A stretch of 64,000 nt of DNA, taken from the NCBI GenBank assembly GCA_963575745.1, contig CAUYUJ010000181.1:1-64000 (forward strand). The letters are read 5' to 3'. The notes under the pieces are model-generated. The model did not search any database. It was not told the origin of the DNA and saw only the letters and a list, made by a program, of their open reading frames with translations. The stretch's first letter is position 1. Every line of letters starts with the position of its first letter. Below, one piece after another: positions 54,901 to 64,000 of the stretch. Source of the DNA: Prorocentrum cordatum. Lineage: Eukaryota. Made by a program: the position numbers and the translations under genes.

Positions 54901-55710
54901 ACAAAACGGGCCCCGGGGGGGATGCCCAGAGGAGCCCAGAGCGGCCTCCGGCACCGTTTCCGGACGGATCCGCTGGATCCGCTGGATCCGGTGACGAATC
55001 CCAAACCGGCGCCCTCGCCTGAGACATCCTCACAAAACGGGCCCCGGGGGGGATGCCCAGAGGAGCCCAGAGCGGCCTCCGGCACCGTTTCCGGACGGAT
55101 CCGCTGGATCCGCTGGATCCGCTGGATGACCGGTGACGAATCCCAAACCGGCGCCCTCGCCTGAGACATCCTCACAAAACGGGCCCCGGGGGGGATGCCC
55201 AGAGGAGCCCAGAGCGGCCTCCGGCACCGTTTCCGGACGGACGACCTGACTGCATAACACGCCTGGATATGCCGACGGGGGCGAAGGAGGAGGAGGAGGA
55301 GGAGGAGGAGGAGGAGGAGGAGGAGGGGGAGGGGGCAGGCGAGGGAGCCCCGGCCCTGGGGGAGGGGCCCTGAGGGAGCCCTGATGGGCTTCCGGCACCA
55401 TGGAGAGGTCCTGTGGGGCGGCCGCCCCTTCTTCTCTCGGTCGTTTCCCTCTCGCCCAGAAGCGCGCGCCCCTTCTTCTATATATATATATATATACACA
55501 CAGAAACTCCCGATCAACCGCAGAGCGGCGGATGTTCTTATCTTGTAGTATCTTATCTTGTCTTGTCTTATCTGGTGATTATCATTGGGAGGAGGGAGGC
55601 GCGAGCGGGAGGAAGGAGGAGCATCGGGAGGCGTCAGAGTAATAACAAGAACCCCAATCCTTAGGATATGGGGAACAAGAACCCCAATCCTTAGAATATG
55701 GGGAAAAAAC
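51987..55710. mobile_element. Composite element, copy 3 (head lost in the gap): 152-bp array of at least 7 units (51987-53102), (TCTTA)n split by the TIR element, tail with duplicated hairpin
   Basis: Modules match 28250-29589 and 38610-39706. Confidence 0.85.
53243..55517. mobile_element. TIR-bounded insertion carrying a 131/140-bp tandem array (~14 units, 53297-55240)
   Basis: TTGAGGGAGTTTCTGTG (53243-53259) vs CACAGAAACTCCCGATCAA (55499-55517); the host TCTTAT tract is uninterrupted at ~29470-29500. Confidence 0.8.
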
Positions 55711-56289
55711 CCTGCCGCCGTAGCCGACGATTCGCACTAGCAGCGCATCGGCCCAAAAGTGGGACCATCCCTCCTCCTCCTCCTCCTCCTCCTTTCCCTC
55801 TCCCCCTCCTCCCCCTCCACCTCCCCCTCCCCCTCCTCCTCCTCCTCCTCCTCCTCCTCCTCCTCCTCCTCCTCCTCCTCCTCCTCCTCCTCTGCTCACT
55901 TCAAAAATCTGCCCTCGGCCACCCTCGGCCAGGGCAGCGCCCGGCAGAAGACTCGAGCGGCCGCCGGCGGAGCTGCGCCCCGCCGGACCAGCAGCCACCA
56001 TGGAGGACTCCGCTCCTCCTCCCGCGTGTAGCTCGCTTCGGTCCTCTGCGCTTTCTAGTCGGGCCTGAGGCGCCCCCCCCCCTCTCCATTGCCTCCCATG
56101 GAACCCATCGGCGCGGAAAAAGCCCCTCCTCCCGCGTGTAGCTCGCTTCGGTCCTCTGCGCTTTCCAGTCGGCCTGAGGCGCCCCCCCCCCTCTCCAGTG
56201 CCTCCCGTGGAACAACTCGGCGCGAGAGAAAAGCTCTTCCGTCCCTCGACACTCTCGGAGCTGGTCGCTCCACTTCTGCGCTGGTGTGG

Positions 56290-58620
56290 AGGGAGCTCTC
56301 CCAGAACCCTCCACGGCATGAGGGTCGCCCGTGAACGCTCCGCACTCCGGGCGGACAACGAGCGGTCGGTCCCGGGTAGGCAGCGCAGTGGGCGCCTGGC
56401 GGAACCTGTTGAGGTCAAGTGCGCGGTCTGCAAACTCTAAAGGCTCCGAGTTGGCCCCCTGCAGAAGATTCCAAGAAGCCGACGGGAAAGCATGGCTGCG
56501 GTCCGCGTTGGGCCAAGAAGCACTGAAACCAGCCATTCCGAATCCGTGCAGCATCATCTGGTCAACCACCGTGGCCCACTCCCCCCTCCTCCCACGCGAG
56601 ATGCCCCAATCGCAGGGCCCCGATGGTGGAGCTTGATGCCCAACGAGGAGGAGGAGGAGGAGGAGGAGGAAGAGGAGGAGGAGGAGGAGGAGGAGGAGGA
56701 GGAGGAGGTGGTGGGGCTTCGGGGCCCCAGCGAGCCCAACCACCCCCCACGGGCCCAGGAGGTGAATGACACGTTTACCTCTGGGGCCCTGGGGCCGCCG
56801 ACTCCGGCGGAGCACGCCCGTAAGTTTGACTTCCCAGGCCCTCGAGAAGCGCCTGGCAGGCCGACTGGTTCACCGGCGTGTGAAGAGTCGCTTCGGAACG
56901 AAAAGGGGGGGACTTCAGCGCCGACGCCGCGCCTCGTCTTGCCGAGTCCAGAAGCTCGGCTCAGTCCTCCCGCCCCAGGTCTCCGCGGTGACGACCCGCG
57001 GGGGGGCAGGCGCGACGCTCGGGCGAGCGCCGAAGGTATTTCCGAATAGAGCGCACGTCAGTCAAAGCCTCCACATTGAAAATGTGAACGTTTCCCTCCA
57101 CCCGCGTCTCCTGGTTGAACCCGCTCTCATTGGCTTCCTCCGCCTCCATCCCTCTGCGAGGTCCAGTTTGCCGCCAGGCTGAGAGCCATTCTTCAGCAGA
57201 CAGAGCAGCCCCCTGAAGATGGCGTAATTTGCGACCTCGCGGAGCCTTGCCGCGACAGGCAAGGATCCTGATCAAGGGGTAAGCCCCCTTCAACTTTCGA
57301 GCTCTCCAGGCCTTCCCCGGCTCATTCGCGATCTCCTGCCTCCATTGACGAAATTCACCCCTCCGGAGCGCGAACCACCTCTTGCTCAAAATCTTCAAAC
57401 GCACCTTGGCCGCCTCCTCCTCCTCCTCCCCCGTCACGGTCTTAGAGGCAGCCTGTTTCAGCTCCGGGCGGCGTTGTAGAAGTGCGCGGTGCTCGGCTGC
57501 ATGTGTTATGTGCCACTCGGGGCACTGCGCCACTGAACCTCCAGAGCATCCTGCATCCTGCCCGAGCGAGATCTCATCGACGACGGGGAAAAAAGAGTCG
57601 GGCTTCCTCTCCCTCGCTGCAGCCTCTCGGACTTCCGAGCCTGCAGCCCGCGCCTCAGAGACCCGTTCCAAGAAATAACGACGTTCTTAGTGTTGTCTCA
57701 TAGTTCCAGTGGGCCCTGCTAGGCGAACGGGCCTCTGGAGAAACAACCTCCCACCGAAAATTGCACTGAAGGGGCATGTGATCTCTAGGGTGCCTGGAGG
57801 GGATCTCCTGGTGATTCTTCATGATGCCCATAAGGGGCCCACCCGATGATGTAACCAAATATGTTGCTACTGTCGCACCTATAGTGTAGTCAACTCTTCC
57901 ATGGGTACCACCATTGTGCCCATACCAGGTAGGTTTTACATTGTTTCGTGGCCGAAGAGCAACCACACCGAACTCATCCACTGGCACGCGTAATTGTTCT
58001 CCAACGCCCCCAGCTAGATGTTCACGGCTGGCTAGCCCAGAGGAGCTCACATCTGTGTTCGTGTATACCCATGTGCCCTGTACGCTGGTGTCCCCGATTC
58101 CGTCGTTCAAGTCAACGCTGACTATCTGACAAAAACGCAAGAGATGTGGCCCGCTTCGGTCTGAACAAATCTCGGCGACGCAATCGAAAGAGACGCGGTA
58201 ACAAACTACTCGGGGTTCCTTGGAGCCTGGGACGCCGCGGAAAGAAATAACAACCTAGAACAGCAACGTCCATGCCCGATCGCTTCACCCGAACTCCGAG
58301 CCCCTGCCCCTGTAGGGCAGCGGGACAAAGCACAATTCGTACAATGTGACTCTCTCGAAGCCTGCAGGACGGCGAAACGGAAATACTGTTGGTCGATTCG
58401 TATGCGCACCTCGTCCGTACCCCGCCTCGAACAAGGAAACGCCACCGATCTTCTTACGAGTCAGAGCTGCATCGGGAAGAACACGGACTTGGGTCCCCAC
58501 GAAAAACGCCGCGTGGAAAGACTTTGCAATGACAGAGAGTACTTCTTCTTGCCGTTCGCTGGAAATGAGGCTCAGAGGATCCCAGCTCAATAATCTGAAC
58601 GTAGCAATGAAGATGGCCAC
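56290..58620 (-). mobile_element. Decayed LINE ORF2 (APE endonuclease, linker, N-terminal half of RT)
   Basis: LLSWDPLSL..R..E, VGTQ, GLGVRVK..D..V..CYF.P, VDLND, PTWYG..GRVDY, DHMP; then KRVIHLLGP, G.SRGRR.E, DRSHAFPS, GAFTGDP; frameshifted. Confidence 0.75.
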
Positions 58621-59154
58621 ACGTAGTGATCCAACACTTGGCCGAAAGAAAAACGCTTGGGTAAGCGAAGCGTGTGTCTGCATTGCGAGTGTGGCAGGGC
58701 GGGGGCCTGAAAGAGGGAACTCGATCCGCCTGACGAGGAAGAGGATGAGGATGAGGAGGAGGAAGAGGAAGAGGAAGAGGAGGATGAAGAGGAGGAGTTC
58801 CTCCTCCTCCTTTTTACTATTCGTCCTCTCGGTTTCCTGCTTCCCTCCCTCTTCATGGGGAAGGGCATGCAGGTTTTCTTTCGCTGCAGAAGGAAGGGAA
58901 GGGAAGGAGGGGGACCGAGCGGGAGGTGCACGCAGAGCGAGCGAAGGATGAGTATCGGAGGAAGGCCCATTGAGACAAGGGCATCTGCCCCCTTCTAGCC
59001 CAAAGCCGGTCAACATCTGTCTCCGGACACCTCCCGGGGTCCTCGACCTCTCGGTCGACGCGGATCCAGCCGCGGCGACCAAGGAACCCTCAGGAAGCCC
59101 AGAGACGACGACCAAACACCCGGGAGTGTCGCTGCTGCCCAGGACGCCCGAGAT

Positions 59155-59333
59155 TCAGCGAGCGAAGAACGGTATAAAATAAACTTTTTCGCCGTCGGGG
59201 GCGCCTGCCCCAGGGCGGCTGGAAAGTTTATACCCTTACGGTGGCACCGTAGGGGTATAAACTTTCCAGCCGCCCTGGGGCAGGCGCCCCCGACGGCGAA
59301 AAAGGTTGTTTTATACCGTTCTTCGCTCGCTGA
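59155..59333. mobile_element. 179-bp near-perfect palindromic MITE with a 5-bp TSD
   Basis: Arms TCAGCGAGCGAAGAACGGTATAAAA...TACGGTG and the reverse complement; GAGAT at 59150-59154 and 59334-59338. Confidence 0.9.
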
Positions 59334-59524
59334 GAGATGGGTACGGAACAAATGTCTAAGATGCCCATCGCCACAGGTTGTCCGAAACCGACAGCGGCAG
59401 CTGTTGGGCAGGCGGCTTTGTGTCTCGACTGGACCACGCCATCGGCGACACCGACACCGAGCTCCGTGAATCAGGAACAGGCACTGCTGCCGGTCTTCCT
59501 ACCTACTCTTTGCGTGCCTATTTC

Positions 59525-59722
59525 TAGGGGAACGAAGAATGACATAAACATAAAAACTCGAAGGTCCTCGCTGATTTCTCGGATCGGCGCTGGACCCCCC
59601 TCCCTGGCGCTCGGAGCGCGCCAGGGAGGCGCTGGAGGCGCCGCCAGGGGGGTCCAGCGCGGATCCGAGAAATCCGCGCGGACCTTCGAGTTTTTATGTT
59701 CATGCCATGGCTCGTTTCCCTA
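59525..59722. mobile_element. Family P palindromic MITE with a 5-bp TSD
   Basis: TAGGGGAACGA...TCGTTTCCCTA; ATTTC at 59520-59524 and 59723-59727. Confidence 0.85.
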
Positions 59723-60235
59723 ATTTCGATCGTGCCGATCCCACGTAGGCTACACGCAAGAGCGACCCTGGGTAAGATTGACCTCTGGTGCGCGGCTTCT
59801 TGGGGGCCTTGGGGGGAGGCCGCTGCTGGCGCTTCGCGTTCAGCCATCTGGGGACCCATCTGTGCCCGCACCAGAGGTCACTCCGCCGAAGGAGTAGAAG
59901 ACAAACATTAAGAAGCCTGCATACAACGGAAAACATGCTACAATTATTCTATAGAGCTCTATAGAAAAAAAGCGGCAGAAACGTAAACTGCTGTCGCTCC
60001 GCGCGGAGTTCTTGGATCTGCGCTGGACCCCCCTCCCCGGCGCGCGGGCTGCGCCAAGGGCGGCGCCGGAGGCGCCGCCGGGGGGGCCCAGGCGCGGATC
60101 CAGGAAGTCCGCGAGGAACGAACGCCACACTTTTATGTTTATGCTGCTTTTTCTCCTTTGACAAAGGTCACCCTGGCGAAGGGTCACTCTGACGTCTAGT
60201 CGACCCTGGAAGTTAGGAATGCCAGCCACCACCGG

Positions 60236-60443
60236 TACTCCTCATCTCGGATCGGCGATCGACACAAATCGGATCGCCAGAAATCGGCAGCCGAGTCGGG
60301 AAGAGTCGAATCGGCGAAAATTGGCAGGCTAGTATGCCTCCAATGAGACATCGGACTTCGAATCGGAATCCCACATCGAATCGGAATCGGAATCGGCAGC
60401 CCTCGAAGTCGAATCGAATCGGACTGGAAGAATCGAAACGAGT
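60236..60443. repeat. GAATCG-rich insert bounded by a degenerate 31-bp direct repeat
   Basis: 60205-60235 resembles 60444-60474. Confidence 0.7.
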
Positions 60444-60468
60444 CCTGGAGACGAGGAGTGCCGGCCAC

Positions 60469-60586
60469 CGCCGGGAGGACGAAGAAGCAGAAGGGCTCGA
60501 GCAGGGGCTGCACGAGCTTCTCCAGAAAGAACCCCTGGCTGCTCGCGGCCGAATCCTTCGCGCGGTCCATCAGCGGCATGACGGGC
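60469..60586 (-). CDS. PDE exon (PVMPLMDR...SQGFF...EPFCFFVLPA)
   Basis: Contains the invariant Gln and Phe clamp of class I PDEs; GT donor at 60468; 5' boundary non-canonical. Confidence 0.9.
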
Positions 60587-61784
60587 CCGGGGTCGATGGG
60601 CCACCCCAGGGGCCAGCAGAGCAGAATAACCAGGTGGCCATCAACAGTCAGCGTGCTATCATGTGGAACGCAGAAGCAACGAAGGGGCTTTCCTGGCCAC
60701 TGCGAGCCTCGGCTACGAATAGGCTCCCCGACCGAAACCCAAGGAACGGCCAGAAAACCAGAGCCACTCCTGAGCCCAAAGCGGTCCTTATTTTCAAAGT
60801 GTTGACTACACTCTGTGCGCGTCTGCCTGGGCTGACCTGAAAAATGAACCTGGCGCGACTTCAATTCGGGACACAGTTCCTCAGTGGCACTGGTCGGCGT
60901 TGCTTGGCGTTTCTTGGCATTGCTTGGCGTTGAAAGGAAGCGAAGAACAAGCAAGCAGCCCAGGAATGGCGTTAATTGGGAACAGAACCAAACAATCCAG
61001 GGAATGCAACACGAAAAACAAAAAGGCAGAGCCACCCGGGGACGGCAGTCATAGAAGAAGAACAAAAAAAACATGCTCCGCGCGAATTTCTTGGATCTGC
61101 GGCTGGACCCCCTCCATGCCGCGCTGAGCGCGCCAGGGGCGGCGCCGGAGGCGCCGCCGGGGGAGCCCAGCGCGGATCCAAGAAATCCGCGAAGAGCGCC
61201 AAGAGTTCATGTTTATGGCGTGTCTTCTTCTTCTTCTTCTTCTTCTTCTTCTTCTTCGAAGCAAGGACACGAGACCAGACAGCGCCGTGCAAGGCCGCGT
61301 GAGGACACTGTAGACCAGGCAACCCCGGGGAGCGCTCCTGGAGGAGGAGGAGGAGGAGGAGGAGGAGGAGGAGGAGGAGGAGGAGGAGGAGGAGGAGGAG
61401 GAGGAGGGGGAGGAGGGGGAGGAGGAGGAGGAGGAGGAGGAGGAGGGGGGGGAAGAGAAGGAGGAGGAGGCCGCGCAGCCCTCGGGCACGCGCCGGCCGG
61501 CCAGGTCCGGCGCCCACCAGGCTCTCAAGACAGGCAGGGGTCCCTCGGGGCAAGGCCTCTCGCTGGGAGAAGAACTCGTTCCTGCAAGTCCGGCTTAAGT
61601 CGGCTCGTCTGCGCAACAGTATCTGTGCAATGGCTGGCGCGCTCCCAGCCTCGTTTTTGACCACGTCTTTTGACATTCGTTTCGCACGATTTCTTGCCGA
61701 CGCGCTGGCTAGCGGCTCGGCGCGGCTTCTTGGGCTTCTGGCGTGCGTGCGTCTGGCCCCCAGGGGTGAGCCGAGCGACCTGGG
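60587..61784. mobile_element. TIR element (~30-bp degenerate TIRs, 8-bp degenerate TSD) occupying a PDE intron position; carries a nested MITE and a (GAG)n tract
   Basis: TIRs 60587-60616 and 61753-61784; TSD TGACGGGC (60579-60586) / TCATGGGC (61785-61792). Confidence 0.75.
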
Positions 61785-61792
61785 TCATGGGC

Positions 61793-61850
61793 AGCCCAAG
61801 CTCCCGCTCCCGGTCCCCCTGCCTAAAGAACTCCTCCTCCAGCGCCGCCA
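61793..61850 (-). CDS. PDE exon (VAALEEEFFRQGDRERELGL)
   Basis: Canonical EEFF.QGD.E...G motif. Confidence 0.92.
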
Positions 61851-62030
61851 CCATGTGAACGACGAAACAAAAAGGGGTCTTACGCGAGATGGCATAGCTA
61901 TCCTGCGCGGTGGCCTACGCGGGCCGCCAGCGCGGCACGCTGCATTGCAGACGAAGGTGCTCACGCGCGACCTGACGCGGGCAGCTTACGCGCCAGCGTC
62001 GGCGCAGACGACCCTGCTTTCTCCCGTCGC
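61851..62030 (-). other. 180-bp insertion/intron with a 7-bp direct repeat and weak TIRs; in-frame stop; no AG at the junction
   Basis: CCATGTG at 61851-61857 and 62031-62037. Confidence 0.8.
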
Positions 62031-62783
62031 CCATGTGCCTGTGCACCCTCCATGGCCTGCAGGTGTGCCCGAGGTCGAACACGTGGACGCAGCACTGCAG
62101 GAGCATGCGCCTGTCGACCCTGCTCGCCTCCCGCATCTTCATGTCGGTCTCGAACTCTGTGGCCAGCGGCTGGTCGGAGCTCCGCAGCACCCGGGCGGAG
62201 AGCTTCTCCACCAGCTCGAAGTGGTGAGACATGTCCGTCGCCAAGATCGCCTCGATTATCTTCGAGCGGAGCGTAGTTGCCGCATCCGACTCTATACTTT
62301 CCAGCACGTTCATGCCCGGCAGCCTGAACGTCTGGAAGACCCTGTGGGCGTGCATGTTCTCCAGAGGCGATATGTCGTTGTATGTCATCGCGAGTGAGTG
62401 GGAGGTCTTCACCAGGAAGGCATTGTTCGTGCCCATGTGCCCAACGTCGTGGCCCACGCAAGCGATGAGGAGAGCCAATATGTCGTGATAGCTGAAATAC
62501 CTGCAGAACTGCCCTTCCGTCAAGGCCACATATGCAAACTGGACTGTGTCGACGGCGTGCCTCCAATCGTGGTATGGGTTGGCATTGTACTGCCTTGCAG
62601 ACGCGCCCATCCAACAGCGTAGCACACTCTCCTCGATGTTGTAGCGCTCCAGCAGCCCGAAGGGTGACTTGAAGGCGACCGACAGCAGGGCGACGTCCAG
62701 ATCGATGTCGCCCCTGGAACGCTTATCGAAATCAATCGACCTGAGGGTGGCCAAGTCGGAGTCTTCACTGGGTGCACCTCCGC
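62031..62783 (-). CDS. PDE main catalytic exon (PDEase_I, HD domain)
   Basis: NPYHDWRHAVD, HDVGHMGTNNAFL, YNDISPLENMH, ILATDMSHH, HVFDLGHTCRPW. Confidence 0.97.
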
Positions 62784-63075
62784 CTCTAGAAGGAGAGAAA
62801 ACGTAAACATAAACTATTGGCGCTCCGGCCGTTCCGCAAGGATTTCTTAGATCCGCGCTGGACTCCCCTCCCTGGCGCGCGCAGCGCCTGAGGGGCGGCG
62901 CCAGAGGCGCCGCCGGGAGTGGCCCATGCGCAGATCCAAGAAATCCGCGCGGAGCGGCGAAAGTTTATGTTTATGGCGTTTCTTCTTCTTCTTCTTCTTC
63001 TTTTCTTCTCCTTCTTCTTCTTCTTATGATTATTATTGTTATTGTTGTTATTATTATTGTTATTGTTGTTGTTAA

Positions 63076-63116
<41 letters not shown>

Positions 63117-63333
63117 GTAGTAGTATTAGTATTATTATTGTTGTTATTCTTAGTATTATTATTATGGTTATTGTTGTTATTATTAATACGATTATTGCTA
63201 TTGTTGTTATTGTTAGTGTTATTCTTATTACTATTAATATTAATATTATTATTAAACTTAGTATTATTACTATTATTGTTATTACATTATTTCTTCTTCT
63301 TCTTCTTCAAGTCTTCACAGGGCGCACCTCCAC
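62784..63333 (-). other. GT-AG intron: family P MITE + (TTC)n/(ATT)n, flanked by a 27-bp direct repeat
   Basis: 62760-62786 vs 63310-63336, 3 mismatches; frame is preserved on splicing. Confidence 0.8.
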
Positions 63334-63434
63334 CTCGGTATCGCGGTGGGGAGCACGAGGCTTGGCTGGTGCCTCTGCTCCGGATGCCGCCCTGCAGGCC
63401 AGAGTCGTCGAGGGCCTCCAGCGGCAGCCTCCGC
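63334..63434 (-). CDS. PDE exon, low-complexity linker (RRLPLEALDDSGLQGG...)
   Basis: AG|G acceptor and AG|GT donor; phases match both neighbours. Confidence 0.75.
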
Positions 63435-63691
63435 CTCGAGTGAGGTCGGGCATGTCCCCCCACAGGCGGATTTTCGGAAGAACAATACGTAAAACTAGTT
63501 GTTTAAAAAGGCCTCAAAATGGCCTCAAAACTAGGAGTCGGTAAAAAAAAGGCCTCAAAAGGCCTCAAAACTAGGATTTTCTGTTAAAAAAGGCCTCAAA
63601 ATGGCCAAAAATAGCCCAAGAATCGTCCCCAGACTATTTTTTCTATCATTTCTGGATATTCGCCCTGTAGAGAGACATGCCCGACTGAAGC
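63435..63691 (-). mobile_element. GC-AG intron that is itself a MITE (introner-like)
   Basis: TIRs 63445-63466 / 63664-63685; direct repeat GCCTCGAG at 63433-63440 and 63690-63697. Confidence 0.85.
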
Positions 63692-63849
63692 CTCGAGGTG
63701 GGCTCCGGCGACGAGACCCGAACAAACGACGAGGTGGCCCAGCTGTCCATCGACTCGTTGTCCCCCCGGTGTCGTGCGGCGCCGCACTTCCGGCAGAAGC
63801 GCGCGTCGGGCATGAAGACGTTGCCGCACTGGGCGCAGGCGGGGTCCTC
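63692..63849 (-). CDS. PDE exon with a zinc-ribbon motif (CAQCGNVFMPDARFCRKCG)
   Basis: CxxC-x10-CxxC; AG|G acceptor and AG|GC donor. Confidence 0.85.
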
Positions 63850-63948
63850 CTCGAAGGAGGAAGAGGAGGAGGTGGAGGAGGGAGGGGGGAGGAGGAGGAG
63901 GAGGAGGAGGAGGAGGAGGAGGAGGAGGAGGAGGAAGAAGTGATTCTC
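63850..63948 (-). other. 99-bp GA-AG intron made mostly of (CCT)n
   Basis: 13-bp direct repeat CTCCTCGAAGGAG at 63847-63859 and 63946-63958. Confidence 0.7.
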
Positions 63949-64000
63949 CTCGAAGGAGATCCCGAACCCAGGCAACACCGAGGCGAAGTCGCGGTCGCAG
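63949..64000 (-). CDS. PDE upstream exon, truncated by the window edge (CDRDFASVLPGFGISFE)
   Basis: In frame with the next exon across the GA-AG intron. Confidence 0.65.

Noticed and set aside
60150..60444. Alternative PDE path through a GA-AG intron (60206-60444) into a GRLDV... exon
   Set aside because: It runs straight into a TE end and lacks the N...W helix; the exon at 24091 fits the PDE consensus better.
61855..62034. U12-type AT-AC intron
   Set aside because: An AT...AC register exists, but there is no ATATCCT donor or TCCTTAAC branch site.

Overview
Repeat-saturated, GC-rich eukaryotic DNA. GA/GC/GT donors, AG|G acceptors and the repeat types suggest a dinoflagellate (inference). 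The one clear host gene is a minus-strand class I 3',5'-cyclic nucleotide phosphodiesterase. Six exons lie at 60.5-64 kb, and the terminal exon appears to lie 36 kb away at 23864-24091. Every intron is bounded by a direct repeat of the exon junction, and several are recognisable transposon insertions (introner-like). Two insertions inside the intact catalytic domain have no AG acceptor, and both can be read as GC...GG. The giant intron holds nested elements: head-to-tail composite elements with 152-bp satellite arrays (Helentron-like ends), a 7.3-kb TSD-flanked insertion with long Pro/Thr/Ala-rich ORFs but no recognisable RT or transposase (its empty site is visible in a neighbouring paralog), a TIR element carrying a ~140-bp array, palindromic MITEs, a decayed LINE and a telomere-like tract. 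The left 23 kb holds a tandem array of ~810-bp units, satellites and decayed LINE/copia relics. Most ORF-track entries are microsatellite artefacts. All alignments were done by eye, and most repeat coordinates are approximate.
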